DNA from: Rotaria socialis
Taxonomy: Eukaryota
Length of the DNA: 20,000 nucleotides
Reading direction: 5' to 3'
NCBI GenBank assembly: GCA_905331295.1
Contig: CAJNYD010000224.1
Coordinates: forward strand, 331,673-351,672
Within the stretch, counting starts at the first letter, position 1. Every line of letters begins with the position of its first letter. Positions 1 to 11,959 of this stretch are shown here, one piece after another. Both the position numbers and the translations under genes were made by a program. The notes beneath the pieces are model-generated. The model saw nothing but the letters and a program-made list of their open reading frames with translations. It did no database searches and was not told the origin of the DNA.

Positions 1-1564
1 CTAAGTGATTATAATGGGAAAATTCTATTTGAATATCTATATTTCTTTGAGTAGATAATAGATTTTTGGTTTATTTGCATTTAAGAAGGCTTTTATATCG
101 TAATTTAGTTACTGAAATAATGCATAAGATTATGTAAAATTCTGCTTGTACATCCGTGTCCTAGTTGAATTCTGCTGCAAAACTCGAAAAGAGATATTAT
201 GTGACAGTTTCAGCAGCACGATCAGCATCATGTTTTTGCTGCTTCATCGTAGGACTCTTTTATTTTCTAGCTTATGCGTGTAAAATAACACTTCAGTTGA
301 TACATTTAATCTTTTCTATTATTTCATCAATCTGTCGTTTGTAAAGTGAGCTACCTTTCTTCGAATTTTGATAAGAGCATTTTACGATCCTTATCACTTC
401 CTGTATTTACCATCTTAAAAGAAAAAAAATATGTCAAAATAAAAACGTTTATTAAGCAACATAGAGGTTCATGCACTCTTAATGTTATAGCCGTATCATA
501 AGAATTGTAAGAAGGTTAGTGGGAGTTTTTTTTTGCGTGACTCTTGTGCAGCATTCGACCGAAGTCGCTGAATTTTCATTTCGGATATTTTTAAATAGAT
601 AGACCAAAATTGTATTCATTCTGCTCAATCAAATCTTATTGGTCCATTCGTGATAAACATAGTCAGAAAATAAATAAAATTCATCATTAACGTCTAATGT
701 TGAATCTTTTTGAAAAGTTTTGCACGATTACCACGGGTTATTTTCTTGTTTTGTATGTGTTGACAAAAAAGAAAACACTGCGAGAGACTTCGATATCTAT
801 ATTGTTTATCTAACTTGGCCACATTCTTACATTTTTGCTATCGCCTTTTCAGTGTCATTATCTATTATTTTCCCTTCCAAGCAAACTTAGAAGATCAATT
901 GTACTGTCAACACACGGCACTGAGTTAAGTTTGTGCAGTAATTCATTTTTTGAATGAAAAACATTGTGTTTTATGATTTTATTAGGTTTCAGACTTGATT
1001 CAAACAATCAAGTTCTCTTGCTAAAAATGAAGCAACACTATTTTTACTGTTTTATCAATGCTTGTTAAATATTTTAGTATCAACGAGATATCGAAACTAA
1101 GAACAACAAAATTGATATATAGCAAAATTGAGATATGAGTCAACCTTTTACCTTTCTATGAAAGATAGTAGATTATGAAAAACTATTACAACGTGATGGA
1201 CCTTAGGTGAGAATTCATGTGAGAATAAAGCAGTAACTCAAGCTGTCAAGAAATAGAGTGAATAGGCGCCTCTTTAAGAGATTATTTATTCGAATATGAA
1301 TTAAATGTCCATAACTGATATTTTGTTCAAAATTCATTTAGTATTTATGAGGAAATAGAGTATAGCAGAAAGAAAGCACTACACGCTCTATGGTGAACGA
1401 AAAGCTCGATTTTCGGTTCTGCTGCTTTAACAATTTGAGCTCATGCATCTTTTTTTTAAGGTATTCAATAGATTGCTTTGCTGTCAAATTGATGAGACTG
1501 AATTTATACTTGTTTTCTTAAATTATTTTCTTACCTACCAAAGTACCCTTGATCGCTTGATAGC

Positions 1565-4500
1565 ATGATAATGAACCCAACAAACGCGCAACTTCCATAT
1601 GCTACAGTATTGGGTAGGTAGATTTCTCTTAAAACAAGAATGATTGCCATTTGGTCATCTTTATTTTTTTTTCGCGCGACGAAAAGCTGCAGAGCCTCAT
1701 GATGTTATGTCGACCAAGTGAGCTTTTCATTTTTTTCTTTCATTAACTAAAAATACAAGTTTTGAACTTTTCCTCGGCAGTGTTCCTTCTGAGTCAAACA
1801 ATAAGCTCCTAGCAGCTGAAATTACATTGCAGGAACTTCTGAATGAACCGTACAAATTCGTTCCATCTCATATTCGCAAGTACACAGATCATTTGCCACA
1901 AGACAAACCAATGTCAATTGAAGAAATAGCCCAAATACTCAATACTCAACCTTTCATTGTCAGTCGTCTTATTCGTGCTCTCAGTTTGTCATCTGTCAAC
2001 GAAGATGAAACTTGGTTAAATATAAGTGTAGTGCAAAAGCTCATACGTATTTTCAACAGCACTATTGATGTACGTTGTCTGTTATTGTTCAAGATGCTCG
2101 ATGCCAATAATGATCATTACGTGAGTAGAGGCGAACTGTCGCGCTTCTATACATCTTGTTTGGAAACTATAAAATACGTTGAAACTTCTCGAGTACCATC
2201 TGTCATTGAAATACTTCTAAAAAGATATCATCTGAATAAAGTAAGTTCTTTCACATATCAATCTTAAGAGACAGTAAGGTTTTCGTTGTATTCCTTTCAG
2301 AAGCGACGAATACGCTTTGACGAGTTCTACTCGATTGTAATGAATGACGAAATTTTATTAGAGTCTCTAGCTATATTCACCGATTTTCCTACATGGGTTA
2401 GTATCGTGAAGCCGTCTCCTATTCGTCAAAATATAATTCAAAGATACTTTATGGGTTGTTGCCAGCAAGATTACAACAACGAGGAGCTAACCAGAAAAAT
2501 TACTTTTGATCGTTTAAAAGATAATGTGCCACGTGTAATTGCGGTTCTTCTCTACATCTTGGTGAATATTGCATTAATGCTATATGTTATAATCTATCGC
2601 GTAGTTGTAACCAAAGCAAATGTGTTTGTTGTATTTGCACGAATTGGTGGAATGTTATTGAATTTGAATTGCTCATTGATCATTGTGGTAATGCTGAGAA
2701 GATCTATTTTCCTCATTCGTGCTACCCCGCTGCATAGATTTTTGCCTATCGATGATCATATTGATTTTCATAAATTCTTGGGTCGTTTTATCGGAGCATT
2801 ATCTATTCTACATACGCTTGCGCATGCAATCAACTTTGGTATAACGAAAGGTGAGTCTGTTATATTAGATAAGCTGGTCTATAGTTACGATCATTTTTGA
2901 ATAATTTCTAGGTTATTCCTGGCCCGTATTCATGGTAATTGAGGAGTCAAACTAATTTTTATTATTATATTCAGTCTATTATAGTTTACCACACGCCCAA
3001 ACGTAGGCTGGATTGGTGGATTTGCACCACTCAGTGGTGTCATTTTGTGTATCATCCTCTTAGTGATGATTATCTGCTCTATGCATTGGATCCGACGTGG
3101 TGGACACTTTCAAGTGAGTGCAATAAATATATATGTTCATTCTGATTGCTTTTTTATTGTAACGTACTTTATCACTTAAGGTATTTTATTGGACTCACCT
3201 TCTTTACATACCTTTCTTTGCCTTTTTGATATTTCATGCGACAAACTTTTGGGTTCGTTCATATTTTTTGCAGTTTATTTGTCGCTAACTGTTGCCCATT
3301 GCATTATAGAAATGGGCTATTGGTCCACTCACTCTCTTATTTCTCGAAAAGCTGTACTCATTTTGTACACGGTATTGGGCTAACCGAGGTCGAACATATC
3401 TTCTTTCAGCTACTATTGAGCAATCAAATGTAGAGGGACTATTCAAAAAATATGCTTCTGATTTATTTTGACAAACGACCGATTTACAACACGCCGTAGA
3501 GTTTTATTGGCGATGCAATTTTATGCGATTTAACCAAAACTGTTTTTTTAACATGAAAATACAATTTCTAGCATGATGTTTCCAAACATGCAGATTTCAA
3601 GAGATTAATTGGAAAAAAAGAATTATTATACATTACTATTGAAGGAAATAGCGAGACTATATCATTGTCCACTATCTTTTTTAGAAGTAGTATGAATGAT
3701 GTACGATTCGATTAGTTTCAACAGGCCGTTAGATATATTTGGAGATATCTTCTCTCTCTCTGTTCCTCAATATAACAATTTCACATGTAGCCAAGATTTA
3801 AGTCTACAAATTAGAATGGGTTCATCGTGTTTCACATTTTAGTCTACATAGATTACGCTAAAAGCTTTAAATAGACGAAGAAAAAAAAATAAGTAGAAAC
3901 CGATTTGCTATTTTAATAAACGAGATTATATCATACTATTCATTCAGACTGATTTTAACACTTCGACGTTATTTGAAACTCTTTTTGTGCATCTAAATCA
4001 AAGAAAATTGAGTAATACTGTTACTAATAGTTTTTAATAGATATTCACTTACAATATTTAATGAATATTAATTTTTTTACAATCAATTGCAATGAAATAT
4101 TTGGCTCAATATTGAAAGGATCTAGATGAGTTTTTATTGATTATACAATGATATCTATTAAAATCATGTTATCGATAGTTTTATCTTCTGATAAAACACA
4201 GAGTTATCAGCTCAAAGCGAATTCTATCTTTCTGAAACATTTGAACCGATTTCTGTTCGATATTCAACATAACCTTTGATGCTTCTCAAATTTGAACTGG
4301 AATGTTAAGTGCTCGAAAGATTCTGAGGCACTTTTCAATGTTATGAGAAAATTCAAAGTAAAAAATAATACCGACTAATTATAGTTTACTCATACAGCTC
4401 GACCTAGAAACATAATGAGTATTGTTCAAGATGCGTGTTATTTTGTTTTCAGTTCTTCTTCATGTTATTATATACAGAATTATCGAAGTCCCTTAGGCAG

Positions 4501-5672
4501 TCAACGCTGTATTCGTTGCAATTACCACTGTTCTAATCTAAATTTGTCAAAGAAATCTTTCTTCATGCGTGGATGTCCTTTGAGGATGAGTCTGGTAAGC
4601 TTGACTATTCATCGGCCTAAATATTTCACGTAAGTACCTGTATAAAAAAACTGATCTTCATATCACTAGTTTTAGATTCAAACCGGGTGATTACATTTTT
4701 ATTAATATCCCTCAAGTTGCTAATTATGAATATCATCCATTCACAATCACTAGTGCTCCGGAGGAACTAGGATATATACGTGTACATATTCAAGCAGTAG
4801 GAAATTGGACGAAGAAAGTATATGAGAGGTTCAAAATCATTTCAGAAAATAGCACCAGTGGAGGTGCATTTCACGTTTATCGAGCTGATCAAAGAGCAGC
4901 TGTAAATGTGAATGACAAAATAACGACGATCAGTATAAATATTCCAATAGAATGTGAAGATCAAGGAGGGGGAGTGAATGATAATCTCTCAGGCTCTTCG
5001 ACAACAGACGAAATGGTTCAACAGTCAAGAGAGAAAATTATTCTCAACGGACCCTATTCAACCTGTGCTCGGTATATATTCGACTGTAATCATGCTCTTC
5101 TCATAGGAGCTGGCATCGGCATTACTCCATATGCGTCAATTCTCTCGAGTCTTATGGTTCAATTTAGAGAGAATCGGGTGACTTGCAATCATTGCCAAAA
5201 AGTTAACTACCCAGAAAAGAATCTTTGGGACAATCAGCGCTTAAAAAAAGTCGATTTTATTTGGGTGACACCAGATTCGAAGAGTTTCGAATGGTTCCTT
5301 GATCTTCTTTGCCAATTTGAAAAAGATCAAGCAGAATATTTAAAATCGAACACTAATAAGAGTCGTTTCCTTAATATACAATTGTATTTTACAGGAATCA
5401 AGGAAAATAGAAGTGTTGATCAAGTTTTGCGTCATCAAGTGACGAACATATGGGCAGACGAGATGGGCTCCGATATATTTACTGGTTTAAAATCACCCAC
5501 AAATTTCGGTCGGCCTGACTGGGAAAAATTACTTCGATCTATGACTTCAGGTGACAATAGTTCTACTGCAAAAGATATCAATGTATTTTTCTGTGGTCCT
5601 AAGAGTATGGGAAAAAAAATTCAGCATCATTGTGTTGACTTTGGAATTCGTTATTACGAAGAGAAGTTTTGA
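1565..5672 (+). CDS. NOX5: NADPH oxidase 5-like (EF-hand + ferric reductase-like TM + FAD/NADPH-binding domains), spliced, ~820 aa
   Basis: Hand-spliced exons: 1565-1613, 1687(or 1693)-1717, 1781-2240, 2301-2850, 2912-2934, 2985-3113, 3181-3252, 3310-3429, ~4595-4629, 4676-5672. All junctions are phase-compatible GT-AG except the 3429/4595 join. Motifs: EF-hand DANNDHYVSRGE; heme His in FHK...LHTLAH and FYWTH...LIFH; IRRGGHFQVFYWTH; FKPGDY; HPFTITSAPE (FAD); GAGIGITP and VFFCGP (NADPH); NOX5-type CxxC insert CNHC; C-terminal EEKF. The first two small exons are less certain. Confidence 0.92.
3430..4594. other. 1.16 kb intron or insertion interrupting the NOX5 FAD-domain start
   Basis: Coding homology stops at ...EQSN (3429) and resumes at VSLTIHRPKYFT (4595). 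A GT donor is at 3430 but there is no in-frame AG next to 4595; the nearest in-frame AGs end at 4552 and 4477. Confidence 0.6.
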
Positions 5673-5817
5673 ACTCATATATCAAATTTATTATATTCAT
5701 TGACGAAAAGGCGTGGCATAAAGAATATTTACTTAATATTTTAAGTAGTATCATCAGACAGTATTGTTTTATTTTATCCAATCTTACGTTTATTTAGATA
5801 GTTCTTCTTTTCTTATT

Positions 5818-5823
5818 AATAAA
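5818..5823 (+). promoter_or_regulatory. Putative polyadenylation signal of the NOX5-like gene
   Basis: AATAAA ~145 nt after the TGA at 5672; weak evidence in AT-rich DNA. Confidence 0.3.
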
Positions 5824-8800
5824 ACGATCAATTTAATCATGTTCATAGCAAGTAAAAATTTTACTATGTTTTGAGAAGTGGCTGCTTAGAAATCTCGAAG
5901 GTGTAGAGCAAAAATGATTCGTAACTTGAACTTTCAGCTTTATAAATACTGAAGATTATAGTCGATGCAATCACTAAATCTAATCATAAAAACTACATGT
6001 TTAAGGTAGTTTTAAACTTGAAATTTGCGATTAATTATTGAAGAATTTTCAGTTAGTTCGATTTTTGATTCGATTAATTGTGGCACTTCTATTTAGATGA
6101 AGCGAGTAACTGTGCATCTACAATTTAGATATCTAGATACCGAATTATCAAATTGAGCTGTAAGTTTAACATTAATCAAGACTTCGATGTACCGTTAATA
6201 TTTATGTGGCACACGTGTCGCTATCCATAAACATATCTTGCTAGATTTTCAAGTCTATGAAATGCTCAAGTCTAATTAAATATTTCAATATCTAAATTTT
6301 ATGTTTTCAGTTGTATAATAAGCGAACTCAAATGTATAGAAAGTCGTGGAAATCCTCACACCCACATCCTTGCTCACAGAGAATGTGATGCAAAGTATAA
6401 AAGGCTGTAGTTGAAAAAATATAAATGATATATTCAGCACGGCATTTTGTGTGACTAGAACAAAATAGTTCATACGTTGACAAAATATTGCATAGGCTAC
6501 TCTATATTGCGTTCGGTTCAGGAATAGAGCTATTTTTCAATAGAAATCCATGACTACAACGAAGTAATAATGCTTAACAGAATCTGCAGATGATTGCAAT
6601 GCACATTAGAAGTTATCGAAACGGTTTCTGTTTCAAAAACAAAATCAAATTCCTGGATAATTGACAGTTGAAAAGGTTCTCTGAAATTATTCAACTGCTT
6701 TTTTTTACAACTTTCAACGTGTATCATATGCATATGTTTTAGATCGCTTTTACCGCATCGAACAAGAGTCACAAACTTGATGTAATGTTTTATTATCTTA
6801 TCTTGGTAGAAAATGAAAATGCATGCGCTTCCTTTTTTTTGTTCTTTATTGATCTTCGATAAGCGCAGAAAAAGACCTTACGAACGACACTAAAAAGCGC
6901 CTTTACAGTCATAATCGAGTTGAATACAGTTCAGGGATAGAATTTTTTCTCTTTCGTTTATATACTCTCTGTTCATTGTCTAATTTGGGAGTCAATGCAC
7001 TGAAAAATATGTCGTAAATTCTATATTTGGATCCTTGAGTAGGTTGCGACATCGCATAGTTCCTGTTCAAACTTCTAGCGACGTAAAGTATGTCCAAAAT
7101 TTTAATTCTGGTTCAATCAACTCCTACCTCAAATGGTAGATATCTCAAGGTAATTCAAAGCTAGAAAGCGATTGACTCTGTGATCGAACAGTAAAAGATT
7201 CGAACGGCTCCACTGCAATTGTGTATCACAATCATTCGTGTGAGAGAAAGACAGATTGAAAATTTATGATCTCGTCTTAATCTTTAAATTGATATTATGG
7301 TCATTAAATAGTCGTAAACATTTCGTGGAAAATGCACCTCAGTTTTCGAGATATACAATATCTAAATGAGCTGCATCATGGTGCTTTCTTGCAGTTCAAT
7401 GACTTTTTTTCTTTTTCTCAAACGCCATTTATCGACAAATATAGATACAATTTCGTTGAAGTTAGCATGTCGATCAACTAATGGGAAAATTTATGTATAG
7501 ATGAAACTTTAGACGCCAACCGTATGTATTATATTCTTTTCTGAGATTATTACTGAAATGTTTAATAAAATGGTCATAAGCGCTGTGTTGCTACAGCTAG
7601 GAGATTTTGTTACCGATGGTATTGTCGGTATAAACCGATCTTACAGGTTTTGATTCCATTGAAGATCGATCTAAATCATCCCACACCATTATCACCCTAT
7701 GATAGTTTGGTAAGCCGCTAGATTCTCTACGGTAATGCATTTGTGGAACGCCGTCTTCAGTGAATATCAATTTATATAGCATTCATCTTTCCAAGAGCTC
7801 TTCACAAGTCACAACAAGCATAGAGCAACTTTTGTCAATTATCAATTAATCTGTGAACACTTAGGAATTTTTCAGACGGAAAGCACATGGAAATTGTGTA
7901 CACCAGAGTAGCTTGAGGCTAAGTCGGAGCTGTTCTTGAAAATAGTTTAGTCATATCAAATCTTGTTGTAAGAAGAGTTATGATCATATAGTTTGGAATT
8001 GATTCTTCTATTTTCTGTCTGTAACGCCAAAATCATTTCATGATAAATCATAGATACTCAGATTTTTAATGACAATGCACCATTTGAGTCTTTGAGTTAG
8101 ACAAATTTTTCTTGGAGTGAATTCAAACGAGTACACTCATAAAATAACTTAATATTTGAATTCAATTAGTCAAGAAGCTCGAGAGGAAAGCTTGATATAG
8201 ACCTAACTTTTGACTATAGTATATTAATCGAGTTTTTTCTTTCGTAGATTCAGGTGACAGCTAGCATAGCTTGATAATTTTGTTGTTTTAAAAACTTTCA
8301 ATAGTTTTTCACTAGTTTTGATACTGATCGAGGTTGTTCAAATTTCATAAGGTGACAAAATCTATATAATCTCAGTACACAGAATGAAATTCTTCTCAGA
8401 CTAAGAAATTTTGAATTTATTGTAGATATTTTCTGACTTGTTCAAATTACAATGACGAATAGTCATTTCATTTTCTTTCAATAAAATAACTTTACATCTT
8501 AGTTAAGTATAGCAGATATGTATTTTATTAGTATTCGCTTAACAGAAATATTTTAATTAATGTACCTGCATGAAAACAATCTTTTATATCAATAAACTTG
8601 TTTTATAATGAATTTTCTGAGAGAAATCTTTGAGAAACTTGAGTTCCTCTACATTAATCTATCAGAAAAGATGCTCGAATATAGTTCTCGAACGAAGTAA
8701 ACATCGAGTACTTATGAAAATAAATGTAAGAGTAAAACAAAATGTGAACATTTTTTTAAAATTTTAACATTCAGGGAATTCTATGGAAATTGGAAGAAAA

Positions 8801-9241
8801 GTTATATTGCTTAGTCTTTTTATACTACTACAATCAATATACGTTTCATACTTATGAACCGAAGAATGAACAGATTGAGAAAGTAACACTGCTACAGAGA
8901 CAAAACATAAATTTTCGCTTCACATAGCGTTTTACTTGAACAGACTCAATGATTTTTGCTATCTGATGACATCTATCATCCAAAAATATACGTTCAAATT
9001 TATCTCTTTCATATATGTTTTATTATCATCCCGATTGGCTTTATCAATCGACCGATTTACATATAGATTGATGTTCATTTCTTATTTTTGTTTATCGTCT
9101 GATCAGTTCTAGTTGATTTGTCTTTGACCGCGATTGTCGCTATCGTTATTATAGATCGCTTGTTTCATTTTCACTTTACTTTACTTTTCTGTGCCATTAA
9201 TAAATAAACAAATTGATATACAAAGTTCGAACACTTTTCAG

Positions 9242-9822
9242 ATGAATCCAATCAAACCAAATCACCCTATTGCACAAGCTGATGAATTTATCGATAATGA
9301 ACCAAATGAGAAGTTGAGTAGTGTCGTTTTGGCACCTTTTTGGTCTTGGAAAGGTTTGCGTACTCGATGGGCTGATCCACTTTTTCGTAAAATGTTACGC
9401 AATATTCTTTTACTATCATGGTCATGGAGTCTTGGCGAAGGCGCATTTTTTATTCAAGTCAGTACTACTACACTAGCAGCTAAAAGCTTCGCCAATTGGC
9501 ATCTAGCGACAGTACCTATTGGCTGTATGCTTTTAGTTGGTACGATATGGTCGGTATTGCTACCTCTAGCCATAGCTCGTTTCGGTTGTAGGCCACCGCT
9601 CTATGCCGGTGCTATGATGGGCATGACTGGAGCTGCACTTTGCATAGTGGCAACCTGGTATAAGCTATATTGGCTATTAGGAGTTGGAGCTGGTTTTCTT
9701 GGTGGACAAGTGCCTTGCACATTGTATTATCGTTTGCTCGCATTACAATTTTCAACGCCAGAATTTGCTCCAAAAGCAATTGCGATGGTCATCGCGGGAG
9801 GTTGTCTATCATCTATTATCGG
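9242..9822 (+). CDS. MFS transporter (bacterial RfnT-like), exon 1
   Basis: ATG at 9242, hydrophobic helices, motifs LATVPIGCMLLVG, ARFGCRP, YYRLLALQF..PEFAPKAIAMVIAGG; ends GG|GTAAGT (phase 2). Confidence 0.88.
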
Positions 9823-10014
9823 GTAAGTTACTCAATTTTACAATATTTATCATTGTGTACCAAAGTTTTATAATTGATTCTAGCCAGTAGGCAATGTTGT
9901 CAGCTCGTAATGAGTAGGAAGATCGAGTTTTGAAAACAAGTTAATTTATTTCTAATGTTCTTCCTCACACATTAGAAGCTGTTCATAAACTACATTTAGT
10001 AATATGGCGGTAGA

Positions 10015-10079
10015 TAAAGCTGGGAAGTAAAGTCAAGTCTGACTTGTGACTTGAACAAGCTATGACTTGCCCAGCTCTG
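10015..10079. mobile_element. Tiny degenerate hAT-like MITE or internal-deletion derivative
   Basis: Left end TAAAGCTGGG-AAGT vs reverse complement of right end CAGAGCTGGGCAAGT. Internal CAAGTC/GACTTG repeats. The 8-bp flanks GCGGTAGA and ATGGTAAC share a GGTA core, possibly a decayed TSD. Confidence 0.45.
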
Positions 10080-11062
10080 ATGGTAACTGAATCAATAAAA
10101 GAAATATATTAAGCTACAAATTACCTAATGGGTCAATGCACTGATTGATTACATCCGTAAATCTCTCACCGGAGCCATATAAGCCAAACTGAATTGTATT
10201 TCAAAGACTCTTAGTAAGAATTGGCATACTGAACAGTAGCTAATCGATTCATTTATTTATTTATTATATTGAATAGATAACTCTCATTCATCAGTAAATA
10301 CTGATCAAGCTTCAAACCCGATAGCAAATGATGCTTACGAAAAGAAGTAAGCAACGATATTTGATAATTAAAGATGCAAACTATATAAAATCAAAGAAAA
10401 ATTTTGAAATTTCGAACAATACAGTAATCTGAAATGTATTGAATGATGCATTTATACAATCGCATATACCACCAAAACAAAATTCGCTGATGATGTGAAT
10501 TATATTGCATAGAAAGTTTATTTTGTCATAGTCTTTACGTGATCGATTTTCAAACAATTCATTATCTAATGGGATAATATTAAGTAAAACGACGATTTCA
10601 ACGTATCTAGTCTTCATGAGCATATCGATTAAAGAAAAATGGTAATCATCAAGAACATAGCATCCCAGAAGAAACCAACACTTACGACATTCATAATACT
10701 ATTGACGCGTGTCAATGAAAGCAATATAATGAAGCTAAGAAGAAATTGAAAATTTTCTATAATGCATCACGACAAGCTGAGTTACATATAGAGGTACTAC
10801 TATTGGAAGCGAGATGATTAACACTCATCAATCGTCACACCAATATCAACACTTTAAATTATATATTTATATACCAAAAATAACTTTAAAATTTAGTTAT
10901 ACGTAAAATACAAAATAATAAATGTTGATTTATAACATAAACATCATGTGGATCTAGTTGGCATGTGTGGGTACTGTATGTTAGAAGATTCGACGTTCTA
11001 GTAAGATTAGCTTAGCAGAGATTCATGAATTCTACAGAGTTCATTCGTTTACTGAGTATCTA

Positions 11063-11336
11063 CACTGAAAAAAAAAGGTACTTTACCGAACCTAAAAAGG
11101 TTTCGAATTTTGAAACAAATTCTAAACCTTTTTACGATACTGTACCGAACTTTAAAGGTTTCGTAAAGTCACACGAAACCTTTTCAATTTTGGTAAAAAC
11201 TTGAACATAGTTTCGTGTGATTTTACGANACTTTACGAAACCTTTAAAGTTCGGTACAGTATCGTAAAAAGGTTTAGAATTTGTTTCAAAATTCGTAACC
11301 TTTTTAGGTTCGGTGAAGTACCTTTTTTTTTCAGTG
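11063..11336. mobile_element. Foldback MITE with CACTG ends and TA target duplication (CMC/EnSpm-like, non-autonomous)
   Basis: Arms 11063-11169 and 11230-11336 are 107-bp inverted repeats with 2 mismatches. A further 10 bp pair at 11170-11179 and 11210-11219. TA at 11061-62 and 11337-38. Confidence 0.9.
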
Positions 11337-11574
11337 TAGAAAGTTTTGCTAATGATGATGATATCAGAGCGCAGCGGCATTCATACTAAAAGGTATATTT
11401 TCACAAAAACACACTGTATTTTTCATAAGTTGTAAATCATTTATGATTACTAAGTACTCCATACCAATTTTCATTTCCCACATTTTAAAGGTAAATCCAA
11501 CATACATATATATGCAATGAATACACCCACTAATAATGCGATACATTCATGATTTATTAGGTGACATTAAACAT

Positions 11575-11808
11575 ACAAGTAACGCTCGTCACTTAGACTC
11601 GCTTGACCCTCGACTGTATGTCGTGCTTCTTCGATATAATTTATTGCTTTGTAAGCTTCAACAACACTACTTTTCAGTATTTGAAATAGAATGGATATGA
11701 TTTTAGACCCTGACATGAAAATTGATGCTAGATTACTGTATCTTATGTACAGTTTCACGCTTCTTCCTGTCCTGAATTCAACTGAGCACACTGTGACTTA
11801 AGGACCAA
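11575..11808 (-). repeat. Left arm of 234-bp inverted repeat
   Basis: Reverse complement of 13946-14179 with 4 substitutions; ends exactly at the N at 11809. Confidence 0.95.
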
Positions 11809-11959
11809 NTGAATTGAGAAGATAATTCTTAATTATTTTCATCTTTGAAAAAGATCTCTCACAAGTTACTTGTGAAATTGGCATAGTTATGGCATTGGGT
11901 ATCATTTTTAACGTTTAGGAGAGGTTAGCATATTTTCAGAGTTTAGGCCATTTTCATCG

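Noticed and set aside
2939..3433. Short ORFs of 64-68 aa
   Set aside because: Alternative-frame read-throughs of NOX5 exons and introns.
4485..4496. AGTCCCT as right TIR for the GAGGGACT start at 3433
   Set aside because: Only a 7-bp match and not at the insertion boundary.
5599..7097. Minus-strand ORFs of 60-72 aa
   Set aside because: No motifs or splice support; expected by chance.
10277..10820. Coding-like + strand stretch with many stops (KLYKIKEKF*...WDNIK*NDDFNV)
   Set aside because: Could be a decayed gene or transposase, but I cannot assign any family motif.
11132..11389. Overlapping + and - ORFs
   Set aside because: Lie within the palindromic MITE; spurious.
11567..11791. Twin ORFs MCSVEFRTGRSVKL... 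(also 13963-14217)
   Set aside because: By-product of the inverted repeat; GTG start, no recognisable domain, and three of four differences are non-synonymous.
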